DNA of 64,000 nucleotides from Escherichia coli (GTDB lineage Bacteria; Pseudomonadota; Gammaproteobacteria; Enterobacterales; Enterobacteriaceae): NCBI RefSeq assembly GCF_003334305.1, contig NZ_QOWS01000009.1; one strand, 5' to 3'. Shown piece by piece: positions 1 to 13,767 of this stretch (position 1 is its first letter; each line of letters starts with the position of its first letter). The notes under the pieces were generated by a model. It saw only the letters and a program-made list of their open reading frames with translations, ran no database searches and was not told where the DNA came from. The position numbers and the translations under genes were made by a program.

Positions 1-14
1 ACGCTTCTTTAAGG

Positions 15-1556
<1,542 letters not shown>

Positions 1557-1687
1557 AAAAGTTTGATGCTCAAAGAATTAAACTTCGTAATGAATTACGT
1601 GTTCACTCTTGAGACTTGGTATTCATTTTTCGTCTTGCGACGTTAAGAATCCGTATCTTCGAGTGCCCACACAGATTGTCTGATAAA

Positions 1688-1700
1688 TTGTTAAAGAGCA
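1688..1700 (-). promoter_or_regulatory. rrn leader boxA antitermination element (TGCTCTTTAACAA on minus strand)
   Basis: Reverse complement of 1688-1700 reads TGCTCTTTAACAA followed by TTTATCAGACAATCTGTGTGGGCACTCG, matching the rrn leader as remembered. Confidence 0.8.
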
Positions 1701-1737
1701 GTGCCGCTTCGCTTTTTCTCAGCGGCGCGGGGTGTGC

Positions 1738-1765
1738 ATAATACGCTTTCCCGCTACAGAGTCAA
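1738..1765 (-). promoter_or_regulatory. rrnC P2 promoter (-35 TTGACT, -10 TATTAT on minus strand)
   Basis: Reverse complement reads GCTTGACTCTGTAGCGGGAAAGCGTATTATGCACACCCCGCGCCGCTGAGAAAAAGCG, the classical rrn P2 arrangement. Confidence 0.8.
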
Positions 1766-1856
1766 GCATTTATTTTTGCTTTCTCTGTCGGAATTCTCAG
1801 GAGAACCCCGCTGACCCGGCAACGTGTTTGCCGTTGTTCCGTGTCAGTGGTGGCGC

Positions 1857-1910
1857 ATTATAGGGAGTTATTCCGGCCTGACAAGAGGAAATTTAAAATA
1901 ATTTTCTGAC
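1857..1910 (-). promoter_or_regulatory. rrnC P1 promoter with UP element (-35 TTGTCA 1879-1884, -10 TATAAT 1857-1862, GC-rich discriminator, AT-rich UP element 1885-1910)
   Basis: Reverse complement reads AGAAAATTATTTTAAATTTCCTCTTGTCAGGCCGGAATAACTCCCTATAATGCGCCACCACTG, the hallmark rrn P1 with UP element and GCGC discriminator. Confidence 0.85.
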
Positions 1911-2036
1911 CGCGCATTTTTTCAGCAAAACCCCCGTTAATGTGCCATAAAACAAGCAATTTGCCGTTTTTGCAACCGTAATCACACTTCCTGGTGGCAT
2001 ACTAAGGAGGAATAAAAAGAAAAAGGAAGATTAGTA

Positions 2037-2729
2037 ATGCCTTTAAGCGCACAACAGTTAGCTGCACAGAAAAACCTTTCGTATGTTCTGGCTGAGAAGC
2101 TGGCGCAACGCATCTTAAAAGGTGAATATGAACCCGGCACCATTTTGCCTGGTGAGATTGAGCTGGGCGAGCAATTTGGAGTGAGTCGTACAGCGGTACG
2201 CGAAGCGGTCAAAACGTTAACGGCAAAAGGGATGGTTTTACCGCGACCGCGAATTGGTACCCGGGTCATGCCACAATCAAACTGGAATTTTCTTGATCAG
2301 GAATTGCTTACCTGGTGGATGACAGAAGAGAACTTTCATCAGGTCATCGATCACTTTCTGGTTATGCGTATCTGTCTGGAGCCGCAAGCTTGCCTACTGG
2401 CTGCAACGGTTGGCACCGCGGAACAGAAGGCGCATCTCAATACGTTAATGGCCGAAATGGCGGCATTAAAAGAGAACTTTCGCCGTGAACGCTGGATCGA
2501 AGTCGATATGGCCTGGCATGAGCATATCTATGAAATGAGCGCCAATCCGTTTTTGACCTCATTCGCCTCGCTATTCCATTCGGTTTATCACACTTACTTC
2601 ACGTCAATTACCAGCGACACAGTGATAAAGCTGGATCTGCACCAGGCGATTGTCGATGCGATTGTCCAAAGCGATGGCGACGCGGCATTTAAAGCTTGTC
2701 AGGCGCTGCTACGCTCACCTGATAAGTGA
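2037..2729 (+). CDS. yieP: GntR/FadR-family transcriptional regulator YieP (230 aa)
   Basis: ORF with N-terminal winged-HTH (GVSRTAVREAVKTL) and FadR-like C-terminal domain; position between rrsC and hsrA. Confidence 0.85.
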   Translation: MPLSAQQLAAQKNLSYVLAEKLAQRILKGEYEPGTILPGEIELGEQFGVSRTAVREAVKTLTAKGMVLPRPRIGTRVMPQSNWNFLDQELLTWWMTEENFHQVIDHFLVMRICLEPQACLLAATVGTAEQKAHLNTLMAEMAALKENFRRERWIEVDMAWHEHIYEMSANPFLTSFASLFHSVYHTYFTSITSDTVIKLDLHQAIVDAIVQSDGDAAFKACQALLRSPDK

Positions 2730-2751
2730 CAACCCGATAACAGGACATTGA

Positions 2752-4179
2752 ATGAGCGATAAAAAGAATCGCAGTATGGCGGGTTTGCCGTGGATCGCGG
2801 CGATGGCCTTCTTCATGCAGGCACTTGATGCCACTATTCTGAATACCGCCTTACCCGCAATCGCTCATAGCCTTAATCGTTCTCCTCTCGCGATGCAATC
2901 AGCCATCATCAGTTATACGCTGACGGTGGCGATGCTTATTCCGGTAAGCGGATGGCTAGCCGATCGCTTCGGTACGCGTCGCATTTTTACCCTTGCCGTG
3001 AGTCTGTTCACATTGGGTTCTCTGGCCTGCGCACTTTCTAATTCGCTACCACAGCTGGTTGTCTTCCGGGTTATTCAGGGGATAGGCGGCGCAATGATGA
3101 TGCCTGTTGCTCGGCTGGCCTTACTGCGCGCTTATCCTCGTAATGAACTTCTTCCAGTATTGAATTTTGTCGCCATGCCGGGTCTGGTGGGGCCAATTTT
3201 AGGCCCCGTTCTTGGCGGCGTGCTGGTCACCTGGGCAACCTGGCACTGGATATTTTTAATCAATATCCCCATAGGTATTGCGGGCCTTCTTTACGCGCGC
3301 AAACATATGCCCAATTTCACCACCGCACGACGCAGATTCGATATCACTGGCTTTTTGCTGTTTGGCCTCAGCCTTGTTCTCTTCTCAAGCGGAATAGAGC
3401 TATTCGGGGAAAAGATTGTCGCCAGCTGGATTGCCTTGACGGTAATTGTCACCAGCATCGGGTTACTGCTTCTCTATATTCTCCATGCGCGACACACGCC
3501 AAACCCATTAATTTCATTAGATTTATTTAAAACCCGCACTTTCTCGATCGGTATCGTAGGCAATATTGCAACCCGTCTGGGGACCGGTTGTGTACCGTTC
3601 CTTATGCCATTGATGTTACAGGTAGGATTTGGTTATCAGGCGTTTATTGCCGGCTGTATGATGGCACCGACAGCGTTAGGTTCCATTATTGCAAAATCGA
3701 TGGTTACCCAAGTCTTACGTCGTCTGGGCTATCGCCATACGTTAGTGGGGATCACGGTGATTATTGGGCTAATGATCGCTCAGTTCTCTTTGCAATCACC
3801 GGCAATGGCGATATGGATGCTGATCTTGCCGTTGTTTATATTAGGGATGGCTATGTCGACGCAATTTACCGCGATGAATACCATCACACTTGCCGATCTG
3901 ACCGATGACAACGCCAGCAGCGGTAACAGTGTTCTGGCGGTCACGCAGCAACTGTCGATTAGTTTAGGCGTTGCTGTAAGTGCGGCCGTCCTTCGCGTTT
4001 ATGAAGGGATGGAAGGCACAACGACTGTCGAACAATTCCACTATACGTTTATCACGATGGGCATTATTACTGTTGCTTCAGCAGCAATGTTCATGCTTCT
4101 GAAAACAACCGATGGTAATAATTTGATCAAAAGACAGCGTAAATCTAAGCCGAACCGCGTTCCATCAGAATCGGAGTAA
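2752..4179 (+). CDS. hsrA: MFS efflux transporter HsrA/YieO (475 aa, 14-TMS DHA2-like)
   Basis: Hydrophobic multi-pass ORF with MFS motifs ([11 protein letters not shown]); conserved position next to rbsR. Confidence 0.85.
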
Positions 4180-5137
4180 GTTGTAATCGTTGTTGCTGAA
4201 GGGTCGGCTGGGTTATCCGATGGATGAGTACATCAATCGCCAGCTCCCCCAGTTCATCTTTCGGTTGGTGGATAGTGGTTAATGGTGGCGTCATAAAGCT
4301 TGCCAGTTCGATATCGTCATAGCCAATCACCGCGATATCCTGCGGAACCTGTAACTCTGCCTGATATAACGCCTGGTAAACGCCAACAGCCATAGCGTCA
4401 TTTCCGGTAAAGACGGCCTGAGGACGCAGCGGATGTGATAACAGTTGGCGCATGGCGTCAAACCCGCCGTTAAATTCAAAATCACCAGTGACTTCATAGC
4501 CATCAGGAATGTTGAGACCCGCACGTTTCATCGCCGCCCGATAACCTTCCAACCGCAGGCGCGCCGGAGTTTTATCCAGCGGACCGGTAATACAGGCGAT
4601 ACGGGTATGACCTTTATCGATCAGATATTGCGTTGCTAAGTCTCCGCCCAGCAACGAGTTATCCTGAATAAGATCGCTGTCGCCATCGAACGGAGCCCAG
4701 TCCATCATCACAGTAGGCACTGTCGGATAACGTTGCATGATTTCACGCGAAGGTTGATGCGTTTCGGTGCACAGTAACAGCAAGCCATCAACGCGTTTTT
4801 GCATCAGCGTTTCCAGATTGCGATTCATCCGCTGTTCATCTCCTTCGGTATTGCAAAGGACGAGACTATAACCGCGTTCGAAGCAGCTGCGTTCAACGCC
4901 ACGCACCAGTTCTGAATAGAAAGGATTGGTACTGGCAGTGATCAACATGCCAATGGTATGTGTTTGATTGAGTTTGAGGCTACGCGCCAGGGCTGATGGC
5001 GCGTAATTGAGTTCTTTAATCGCCGCTTCAACTTTGGCGGTAATCGCTTCACTGACGAAGCGATCTTTATTGATAACGTGAGAAACTGTTGAGGTAGAAA
5101 CGCCCGCCAGGCGGGCAACATCTTTCATTGTAGCCAA
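4145..5137 (-). CDS. rbsR: Ribose operon repressor RbsR (LacI family, 330 aa)
   Basis: N-terminus [24 protein letters not shown] is a LacI-type HTH; follows rbsK. Confidence 0.93.
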
Positions 5138-5140
5138 GCG

Positions 5141-6070
5141 TCACCTCTGCCTGTCTAAAAATGCGTCGATCTCTTCACGCCACGGTACGGAAGGTTGTGC
5201 GCCTTTACGTGTTACGGCAATCGCAGCGGCAGCATGGGCAAACCGAATCGCCTCTGGCAATGGTTTTTCTTCCAGCAACGCCGTGATTAACGCGCCGTTA
5301 AAGGTATCTCCGGCAGCAATGGTATCGACAGCCTGCACCCGGAATCCAGGAACGCGCTGACCTTCACCATTCACGCTAGCCCATACACCACGACTTCCTA
5401 AAGTAATCAGTACAGTACGGATACCTTTTTCATGCAGTACCTGCGCCGCCTTCGCTGCATCTTCATCATTTTCAACACGAATACCGGTGAGCTTTTCTGC
5501 TTCCGTTTCGTTTGGCGTAATAATGTCCACCAGCGCCAGCAGTTCGTCAGGAAGTTCGCGAGCCGGAGCCGGGTTAAGCGCAACGATAGTCTTATTTTGA
5601 TGGGCGATTTTCGCCGCTGCCATCACACTTTCGAGTGGTGATTCCAGCTGCATTAATAATGCTGACGCGTTGGCAATACGCTCACGTTGCGCTTCCACCA
5701 GCGCCGGGGAAAGGGCAGCATTAGCGCCGGCATGAATACCGATGACATTCTCACCTTCGCCATTAACAAAAATCAGCGCCACACCTGTTGATTCGCCTTT
5801 GATCACGCTGACCGGAGTAATATCAATGTTATCAGTGGCGAGCTGCTGGCGAACGCTCTCACCAATGCTGTCATCACCCGTACAGGCAATAAACGCGATA
5901 TTCGCACCGCTACGCCCAGCAGCCACAGCCTGATTCGCGCCTTTGCCGCCAAATGCAACCTGATAGTGGTTACCGGTTACGGTTTCGCCTGGAGTAGGAA
6001 AAGATTGAAGATTAAGAATGTGGTCAGCATTAATGCTGCCAAGAACAACGAGGCTGCCTGCGTTTTGCAT
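5141..6070 (-). CDS. rbsK: Ribokinase RbsK (309 aa)
   Basis: PfkB-family ORF; start placed at MQNAGSLVVLGSINADH to give the 309-aa known length (ORF track extends 9 codons upstream). Confidence 0.92.
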   Translation of the reverse strand: MQNAGSLVVLGSINADHILNLQSFPTPGETVTGNHYQVAFGGKGANQAVAAGRSGANIAFIACTGDDSIGESVRQQLATDNIDITPVSVIKGESTGVALIFVNGEGENVIGIHAGANAALSPALVEAQRERIANASALLMQLESPLESVMAAAKIAHQNKTIVALNPAPARELPDELLALVDIITPNETEAEKLTGIRVENDEDAAKAAQVLHEKGIRTVLITLGSRGVWASVNGEGQRVPGFRVQAVDTIAAGDTFNGALITALLEEKPLPEAIRFAHAAAAIAVTRKGAQPSVPWREEIDAFLDRQR

Positions 6071-6195
6071 ATTCGGGATGTCCATAAAATGCGCCACCGT
6101 GTTAGGGTGGCGCGTGCCCTGCTTTTCTTTATATTACACGTTCATCTGTCGATGACGTATTTATGTCACCATCAGGTCATACAACCTGATTAAAA

Positions 6196-7086
6196 CTACT
6201 GCTTAACAACCAGTTTCAGATCAACCGGATACTTAGCCTGAACTTTCTCGCCTTTCAGCACTTTATCTGCGGTTTCGACGCCTTTCGCGCCAATCTGATC
6301 GGGTAGCTGAGCGATAGTCGCTGCTAGTTTGCCATCATTCACCGCTTTTTCGCCATCCGGTGTACCGTCAAATCCGACGACCATCACATCCGATTTACCG
6401 GCAGTTTGCAGTGCGCGCAGCGCGCCCAGCGCCATTTCATCATTCTGCGCGAATACAGCCTGAACATCCGGATGAGCGGTCAACAGGTTCTGCATTACGT
6501 TCAAACCTTTAGTGCGATCAAAATCTGCTGGCTGGCTGGCAAGAACATTAAACTTGTGAGCAGCAACGGCCTGCTGGAAGCCTTCGCCACGTTCACGGGC
6601 TGCGGATGTACCAGCAATGCCTTGCAGCTCGATAACTTTGGCACCTTCACCCGCTTTCTTCGCGATGTAATCACCGGCGATTTTGCCACCCAGTACGTTA
6701 TCAGAAGCAATGTGGCTCACCACTTCACCTTTCGTTGCCTGGCGGTCAAGAGTGATAACCGGGATGTTCGCCTGGTTAGCCATCTTCACAGCATTACCTA
6801 CTGCGTCGGAGTCGGTCGGGTTAATCAGCAGAATTTTGGTGCCGCGAACGGTTAAGTCCTGCACGTTCGCCAGCTCTTTCGCCGGGTTGTTCTGGGAGTC
6901 CAGCACCACCAGGTTATAGCCAAGCTTATCCGCCTCTTTCTGCGCGCCATCTTTCAGCGATACAAAGAACGGGTTGTTAAGCGTGGAGACCACCAGCGCG
7001 ATGGTGTCTTTTGCCATCGCATTCGCACTGACGGTGGCGCTTAGCGCAACAGCGGAAACCAGGGTAGCCAGTTTTTTCATGTTCAT
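6196..7086 (-). CDS. rbsB: Ribose ABC transporter periplasmic binding protein RbsB (296 aa)
   Basis: Signal peptide [25 protein letters not shown] and periplasmic sugar-binding fold sequence. Confidence 0.93.
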   Translation of the reverse strand: MNMKKLATLVSAVALSATVSANAMAKDTIALVVSTLNNPFFVSLKDGAQKEADKLGYNLVVLDSQNNPAKELANVQDLTVRGTKILLINPTDSDAVGNAVKMANQANIPVITLDRQATKGEVVSHIASDNVLGGKIAGDYIAKKAGEGAKVIELQGIAGTSAARERGEGFQQAVAAHKFNVLASQPADFDRTKGLNVMQNLLTAHPDVQAVFAQNDEMALGALRALQTAGKSDVMVVGFDGTPDGEKAVNDGKLAATIAQLPDQIGAKGVETADKVLKGEKVQAKYPVDLKLVVKQ

Positions 7087-7110
7087 ATTCAAGATGTCCT
7101 GTAGTCGTTA

Positions 7111-8076
7111 TTACTGCTTTTTGTTGTCTACCAGCACCGCCAGCAAAATCACCACCGCTTTGACGATCATCTGGTAATAGGAGGAAACACCTAACAAATT
7201 CAATCCATTATTAAGGAAGCCAAGAATTAATGCGCCGATCAACGTCCCAACAATGCGACCTTTTCCGCCCGCCAGACTCGTACCGCCCAGAACCACCGCA
7301 GCAATAGCATCCAGCTCATAGCCAGTCCCCGCCGTGGGTTGTGCGGAGGAGAGACGCGCCACTTCAATGATCCCGGCCAGCGATGCCAGCAGACCACAAA
7401 GAGAATAGACGATGATTTTGATTTTATTGACGTTGATACCAGAAAGACGCGTTGCCGCTTCGTTGCCGCCCAGCGCGTAGATGTAACGCCCCAGACGCGT
7501 GTGATGCAGCATGTACCAGGCCGCGAGGAAGACAATCCCCATGATCCAGACTGGCGTCGGTACGCCCAGCGGACGACCAATACCAAACCAGCCAAACAGA
7601 TCGGCGTTCTCAGTAAAGCCGGTATTCACTGGGCTACCGTTGGTATAAACCATGGTCACGCCGCGCAGTAAAAGCATCATAACCAGCGTAGCGATAAACG
7701 CCTGAACGCGACCTTTCGCTACAATCACCCCGGTTACCGCACCAATTGCGGCACCTAACGCGAGAGCGGCAGCGACAGCCACCAGCGCATTGACTTCAAT
7801 GCCGACGATAGATGCAGCAACTGCGCCGGTTAGCGCCAACAGAGAACCTACAGACAAGTCGATGCCCGACGTCAGGATCACCAGCGTCATCCCGACCGCC
7901 ATAATGGCGTTCACCGAGGTTTGCTGGAGAATATTGAATAAGTTATTGATGGTGAAAAAGTTCGGGCTTAACGTCGAGACAATCGCGATCAGCACCAGCA
8001 GAGCGATAAGCGATTTCTGCTCCATCAGCCACGCTTTCGTGAAATAACGGCGACCAGAGACAGTCTGGGTTGTCAT
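7111..8076 (-). CDS. rbsC: Ribose ABC transporter permease RbsC (321 aa)
   Basis: Polytopic membrane ORF, operon context. Confidence 0.93.
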   Translation of the reverse strand: MTTQTVSGRRYFTKAWLMEQKSLIALLVLIAIVSTLSPNFFTINNLFNILQQTSVNAIMAVGMTLVILTSGIDLSVGSLLALTGAVAASIVGIEVNALVAVAAALALGAAIGAVTGVIVAKGRVQAFIATLVMMLLLRGVTMVYTNGSPVNTGFTENADLFGWFGIGRPLGVPTPVWIMGIVFLAAWYMLHHTRLGRYIYALGGNEAATRLSGINVNKIKIIVYSLCGLLASLAGIIEVARLSSAQPTAGTGYELDAIAAVVLGGTSLAGGKGRIVGTLIGALILGFLNNGLNLLGVSSYYQMIVKAVVILLAVLVDNKKQ

Positions 8077-8080
8077 TTTT

Positions 8081-9586
8081 TTACTCCTGATTCACGCGAT
8101 TAAGCTTGCCCACAGCGGCAGCCATTAACACTTCCTGGGTGGCCTGCTCACGAGTAAATTCCCCGCTGAGATGCCCTTCATGCATGACGATGATGCGATC
8201 GCTCATGCCTAATACTTCTGGCATCTCCGATGACACCAGAATGATGCTCAAGCCATCGGCTTTGAACTGGTTAATCAGTTGATAGATCTCTTTTTTCGCG
8301 CCGACATCTACGCCACGGGTAGGTTCATCAAGGATCAACACTTTGGGGCGTGTCATCAGACCGCGGGCAATCGCCACTTTTTGCTGATTGCCACCGGAAA
8401 GCAGACCAATTGCCTGTTCCATCGACGGTGTTTTCACATTAAACAGACGAATGAAATCACTCACAGCCTGCTGTTCATCGGCATGCTTCAAACTGCCGCC
8501 AGCGCGGCTGAAGTAGCGCAGCGCTGTCAGCGACATGTTCTCTTTTACTGACATGCCCAACACTAAACCGTCACGTTTACGGTCTTCGGAGATATACACA
8601 ATGCCGCTTGCCAGGCCATCCTGCGGTGAACGGGTAACGACTTCATGCCCATCCAGGGTGACGTAACCGCTGGTGCGCGGTAGTGCGCCGTAGAGCACTT
8701 TCATCAGTTCGGTACGACCTGCGCCCATCAAACCAGAGACGCCAAGAATTTCGCCTTTGCGTAAAGTAAAAGAGACATCGTTAACGCCAGGTCCGCAGAG
8801 ATTATCGACTTTCAGGCGGATATCTCCCGGCGCTTTGTCCAGGTGTGGATATTGATCTTCTAGCTTGCGGCCCACCATCATCTCAATCAGCGAATCTTCG
8901 GTCAGTGATGCCACTTCGCGCTCAGCAATAAATTGCCCGTCACGAAAAACGGTAACGTCATCGCAAATCTCGAAGATTTCTTTCATGCGGTGGGAGATAT
9001 AGACAATACCGCGGCCTTGCGATTTCAGCTCGCGTATGACGCGGAACAGGGATTCGGTTTCGGTATCGGTCAGCGCATCGGTCGGTTCATCCATAATGAT
9101 GACTTTCGACTCAAAGCTCAGCACTTTGGCGATTTCAACCATTTGCTGGTCACCGATGGAAAGATCGCCCACCAGCTTGTCGCTTTTAAAGCGCAGGTTA
9201 AGTTTAGCCAGCAATTTATCCGCTTCGGCATACATGGTTTTCCAGTCAATTTTGCCAAAGCGATTAACAAACTCACGACCGAGGAAAATGTTTTCGGCAA
9301 TGGTCAACTGCGGGATCAGGTTCAGTTCCTGATGGATAATCCCAATCCCGGCTTCCTGGGAAGATTTCGGCCCGGTAAATGTCGTTTCTTTCCCCAGCCA
9401 TAAAAGCGTGCCGGCATCGCGAGCATAGATACCAGTAAGCACTTTCATCATGGTGGATTTACCCGCGCCGTTTTCGCCCACCAGCGCCATCACGCGGCCC
9501 GGATAGACATTTAACGCTGCGCCCGAGAGGGCTTTTACGCCCGGGAAGGCTTTATCGATGCCTTTAAGCTGAAGTAATGCTTCCAT
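8081..9586 (-). CDS. rbsA: Ribose ABC transporter ATP-binding protein RbsA (501 aa, duplicated ABC domains)
   Basis: Two Walker A motifs (GENGAGKST and GLMGAGRTE) and ABC signature (LSGGNQQK). Confidence 0.93.
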   Translation of the reverse strand: MEALLQLKGIDKAFPGVKALSGAALNVYPGRVMALVGENGAGKSTMMKVLTGIYARDAGTLLWLGKETTFTGPKSSQEAGIGIIHQELNLIPQLTIAENIFLGREFVNRFGKIDWKTMYAEADKLLAKLNLRFKSDKLVGDLSIGDQQMVEIAKVLSFESKVIIMDEPTDALTDTETESLFRVIRELKSQGRGIVYISHRMKEIFEICDDVTVFRDGQFIAEREVASLTEDSLIEMMVGRKLEDQYPHLDKAPGDIRLKVDNLCGPGVNDVSFTLRKGEILGVSGLMGAGRTELMKVLYGALPRTSGYVTLDGHEVVTRSPQDGLASGIVYISEDRKRDGLVLGMSVKENMSLTALRYFSRAGGSLKHADEQQAVSDFIRLFNVKTPSMEQAIGLLSGGNQQKVAIARGLMTRPKVLILDEPTRGVDVGAKKEIYQLINQFKADGLSIILVSSEMPEVLGMSDRIIVMHEGHLSGEFTREQATQEVLMAAAVGKLNRVNQE

Positions 9587-9593
9587 GACGGCC

Positions 9594-10013
9594 TCAGAAC
9601 GTCACGCCAGCACAGAGAATGATATTCGCATACGGAGAACATTCTCCGCTGCGAATTACCGCCTGACTTTCTGCGGTTTGTTGTTTGAATTGTTCATGCG
9701 TGGTGTAACGAATTTCAATGGTATTTCCCTGGTGTTTTTGCAACTGCTCAAGGTGAGTGAGCAACGTTTCGTGGAGTTGCGGATTATGTTGTTTGATCTC
9801 TTCCGCGATAATGGCAGCCTCGACCTGCATTTCATTTGTGACGACGCCCAGCACCTGCATAAAAGAAGGTACACCCTGGGTTAATGCCATATCGATACGC
9901 GTTGTACTTTTGGGGATGGGTAAACCAGCATCACACACCACCAGCGTATCGGTATGTCCCAGACGGGAGATCATCGATGAAATATCAGAATTAAGAACGG
10001 TGCCTTTTTTCAT
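9594..10013 (-). CDS. rbsD: D-ribose pyranase RbsD (139 aa)
   Basis: Start placed at [13 protein letters not shown]; first gene of the rbs operon. Confidence 0.9.
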   Translation of the reverse strand: MKKGTVLNSDISSMISRLGHTDTLVVCDAGLPIPKSTTRIDMALTQGVPSFMQVLGVVTNEMQVEAAIIAEEIKQHNPQLHETLLTHLEQLQKHQGNTIEIRYTTHEQFKQQTAESQAVIRSGECSPYANIILCAGVTF

Positions 10014-10024
10014 TTTTTTCTCCA

Positions 10025-10044
10025 TCAGCGAAACGTTTCGCTGA
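10025..10044. promoter_or_regulatory. Perfect 20-bp palindrome TCAGCGAAACGTTTCGCTGA; candidate RbsR operator at the rbsD 5' end
   Basis: Perfect inverted repeat read directly, immediately upstream of the rbsD start; LacI-family operators are palindromes of this type. Confidence 0.7.
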
Positions 10045-10179
10045 CCCGCAGTTTAATCCTGACTGAGTTGGGAAAACCATCGTGACGTTACGGAAATGTG
10101 ATCAACCTCGAAACGTTTTACATGGTGATTAACCATGAAAACAAAAACGCCCCCTTATGGAGAAAGGAGGCGTCTGGCG

Positions 10180-12048
10180 TTAGATTTCGACCTGAGTACC
10201 CAGTTCGATAACCCTGTTTGGCGGAATTTCAAATTGATCTGGTGCACGCAGCGCATTACGTTGCAGCAGCAAGTACAGCTTGCCGCGCAGACGCAAATAC
10301 CACGGGCGTTTGCCGAGGATCAACGACTCATGCGACATAAAGAAGGAGGTTTCCATCATCCGGCAACTTAATCCTTCCAGACCGCAGCGGTGGAAAACTT
10401 CTTCCACGTTTGGCGTTTCTCGCCAACCATAACTTGCCACCACGCGCCAGAAAGTGGGCGACAGTTGTTCAATCTGTACCCGACGGACATTATGGACATA
10501 TGGCGCGTCTTCGGTACGCAGAGTTAACAGAATCACCCGCTCATGCAATACCTTGTTATGTTTAAGGTTATGCATCAGCGCAAAGGGAATGACGTTGATT
10601 GCACGCGACATATACACCGCGGTCCCGGGCACGCGAACAGGCGGTGATTTCTCCAGCGAAGCAATCATCGCTTCCAGAGAGTTACCATGTTCATGCATCC
10701 GCCGCAGCAAGCGGAAACGCTCGCTCTTCCAGGTGGTCATCACGATAAACATCACAGTACCGAGGCTCAATGGCAACCAGCCGCCGGAGAGCAGTTTATC
10801 GAGGTTAGCGGTGAACAATGGAATATCGACACAAAGGAAAGCAATCAGGATCAGCGCAACAAAATACTTATTCCAGTGCCAGTTCTGACGTGCCACGGTA
10901 GTCGAGAGAATAGACGTCAGCACCATGGTTCCGGTCACCGCAATCCCGTACGCCGCCGCCAGGTTGCTGGAGTGCTCAAAGCTGACAATCACAATCACGA
11001 CCGCGACATAGAGCATCCAGTTCACAAACGGAATATAGATTTGCCCTGACTCCATTTCGGAGGTGTGAATAATGCGCATCGGCGACAAATATCCCAGACG
11101 TACCGCCTGACGCGTCAATGAGAAGACGCCAGAGATAACCGCCTGCGAGGCAATTACCGTCGCCAGTGCGGCGATGATCAGCAGCGGGATCAGCGCCCAG
11201 TCCGGTGCCAACAGGAAGAACGGGTTCTTAATCGCTTCCGGGTTCTTTAACAACAGCGCTCCCTGACCGAAGTAATTAAGGGTCAAGGAAGGTAATACGA
11301 CGGTGAACCACGCCAGGCGAATAGGGAACTTACCAAAGTGCCCCATATCAGCATACAGCGCCTCGACCCCCGTAATCGACAACACCACTGCCCCTAATGC
11401 AATAAAAGAAACCGTTTTGTATTCAAGGAAGAAATGCACCGCCCACATTGGATTCAGCGCATGCAGCACTTCCGGGTTAGCAATAATGCTACGTAACCCC
11501 AGTCCTGCCAGAATCAAAAACCAGGTCAGCATGATCGGCGCAAACAGCTTACCGACCATAGCCGTGCCATGTTTTTGAATCATAAATAATAAAGTGAGAA
11601 CGATAATTGAGAGGGGAACTATCCAGGTATCCAGCTGCGGGGCGACGATTTCCAGACCTTCAATGGCTGACATCACCGAAATAGCGGGTGTTATGACGAC
11701 TTCACCATAGAAAAAGCTGCCGCCGATTAGCCCCATAATCACCAGCATTGATGTGGTTCGCGCCGACGTATTACGCCCGGCAAGCGACATCAACGTCAGG
11801 ATCCCCCCCTCACCGGCGTTATCTGCCCGCATCACGAAGGTGAGATATTTAATGGAAACCACAAAGATTAGCAGCCAGAAGATCAGCGATAAAAAGCCAA
11901 ACACGGCATCGCGTTCAACGCCAAAACCAAACTGGCCGGACAAACATTCACGAAGTGTATATAACGGGCTGGTACCAATATCGCCGTAGACAACTCCAAT
12001 CGCCGCGAGGGTAATCGCGGGCAATGATTGCTTATTATCAGTGCTCAT
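10180..12048 (-). CDS. kup: Low-affinity K+ uptake transporter Kup/TrkD (622 aa)
   Basis: N-terminus [32 protein letters not shown], the KUP/HAK family signature. Confidence 0.93.
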
Positions 12049-12270
12049 AGACTAGTCTTTCGTTGAAATATGAAATGTGTGCTTAGTCCCTTGGCCCACA
12101 AAAAAGCGCACAGTATGCACGATTAACGGCAAAATCGTACTCCTAAATGCGGCCACATTAACCTGGCTCAAAGAAAAATACCCCCCCTTTGAGACTATTT
12201 TAGCCACCAGCAAGAAACGTCTATACTCGCAATTTACGCAGAACTTTTGACGAAAGGACGCCACTTCATT

Positions 12271-13767
12271 ATGGCTCACCCTCATTTATTAGCGGAAAGA
12301 ATTTCCCGCCTGAGCAGTTCGTTGGAAAAGGGGCTTTATGAACGTAGCCACGCCATCCGCTTGTGTTTATTAGCGGCATTAAGTGGTGAAAGTGTGTTCC
12401 TCCTTGGCCCGCCAGGTATTGCCAAAAGTTTGATCGCCCGGCGCTTAAAATTCGCCTTTCAGAATGCCCGCGCGTTTGAATATCTGATGACCCGCTTCTC
12501 CACGCCGGAAGAAGTTTTTGGTCCCCTTTCTATTCAGGCGCTAAAAGATGAAGGGCGCTATGAACGTTTAACCAGCGGTTACCTGCCGGAAGCAGAAATT
12601 GTCTTTCTGGATGAGATCTGGAAAGCGGGCCCGGCAATTCTTAATACCTTGCTCACCGCCATTAACGAGCGCCAGTTCCGCAACGGTGCACACGTAGAAA
12701 AAATCCCGATGCGTCTGCTGGTGGCGGCCTCCAACGAGCTGCCGGAAGCAGACAGCAGTCTGGAAGCGTTATATGACCGCATGCTGATTCGTCTGTGGTT
12801 AGATAAAGTGCAGGATAAAGCGAATTTCCGCTCCATGCTGACCAGTCAACAGGATGAAAACGACAATCCGGTTCCTGATGCCTTGCAGGTCACAGATGAA
12901 GAATATGAACGCTGGCAGAAAGAGATTGGTGAAATTACGCTGCCCGATCATGTATTTGAGCTGATTTTTATGCTGCGCCAGCAACTGGATAAATTACCGG
13001 ATGCGCCTTATGTCTCGGATCGTCGCTGGAAAAAAGCGATCCGATTATTGCAGGCCAGCGCCTTTTTTAGCGGTCGCAGTGCTGTTGCCCCGGTAGATCT
13101 CATTTTGCTGAAAGATTGCCTGTGGTATGACGCGCAAAGCCTGAATTTGATACAACAACAAATTGATGTATTGATGACCGGTCACGCCTGGCAACAGCAA
13201 GGGATGTTGACTCGCCTTGGCGCGATTGTGCAACGTCACCTGCAACTCCAGCAGCAACAAAGCGATAAAACAGCCTTAACGGTAATTCGTCTGGGCGGCA
13301 TTTTCAGCCGTCGTCAGCAGTATCAACTTCCTGTTAACGTTACTGCTTCCACTCTGACTCTACTGCTGCAAAAACCGTTAAAACTGCATGATATGGAAGT
13401 GGTTCATATCTCCTTTGAGCGTAGCGCGCTGGAACAGTGGCTGAGCAAAGGTGGTGAAATTCGCGGTAAACTGAACGGTATCGGCTTTGCCCAGAAACTG
13501 AATCTGGAAGTTGATAGCGCCCAACATCTTGTCGTTCGCGATGTAAGTTTACAAGGCAGTACGCTGGCACTTCCCGGTTCATCGGCTGAAGGTCTGCCTG
13601 GTGAAATAAAACAACAACTGGAAGAGCTTGAAAGCGACTGGCGCAAGCAACACGCTTTATTCAGCGAACAGCAAAAATGTCTGTTTATCCCTGGCGACTG
13701 GTTAGGTCGCATTGAAGCCAGCCTACAGGATGTCGGTGCACAGATTCGCCAGGCACAACAATGCTAA
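12271..13767 (+). CDS. ravA: MoxR-family AAA+ ATPase RavA (498 aa)
   Basis: Walker A GPPGIAKS; start placed at [11 protein letters not shown] (ORF track extends 8 codons upstream). Confidence 0.9.
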
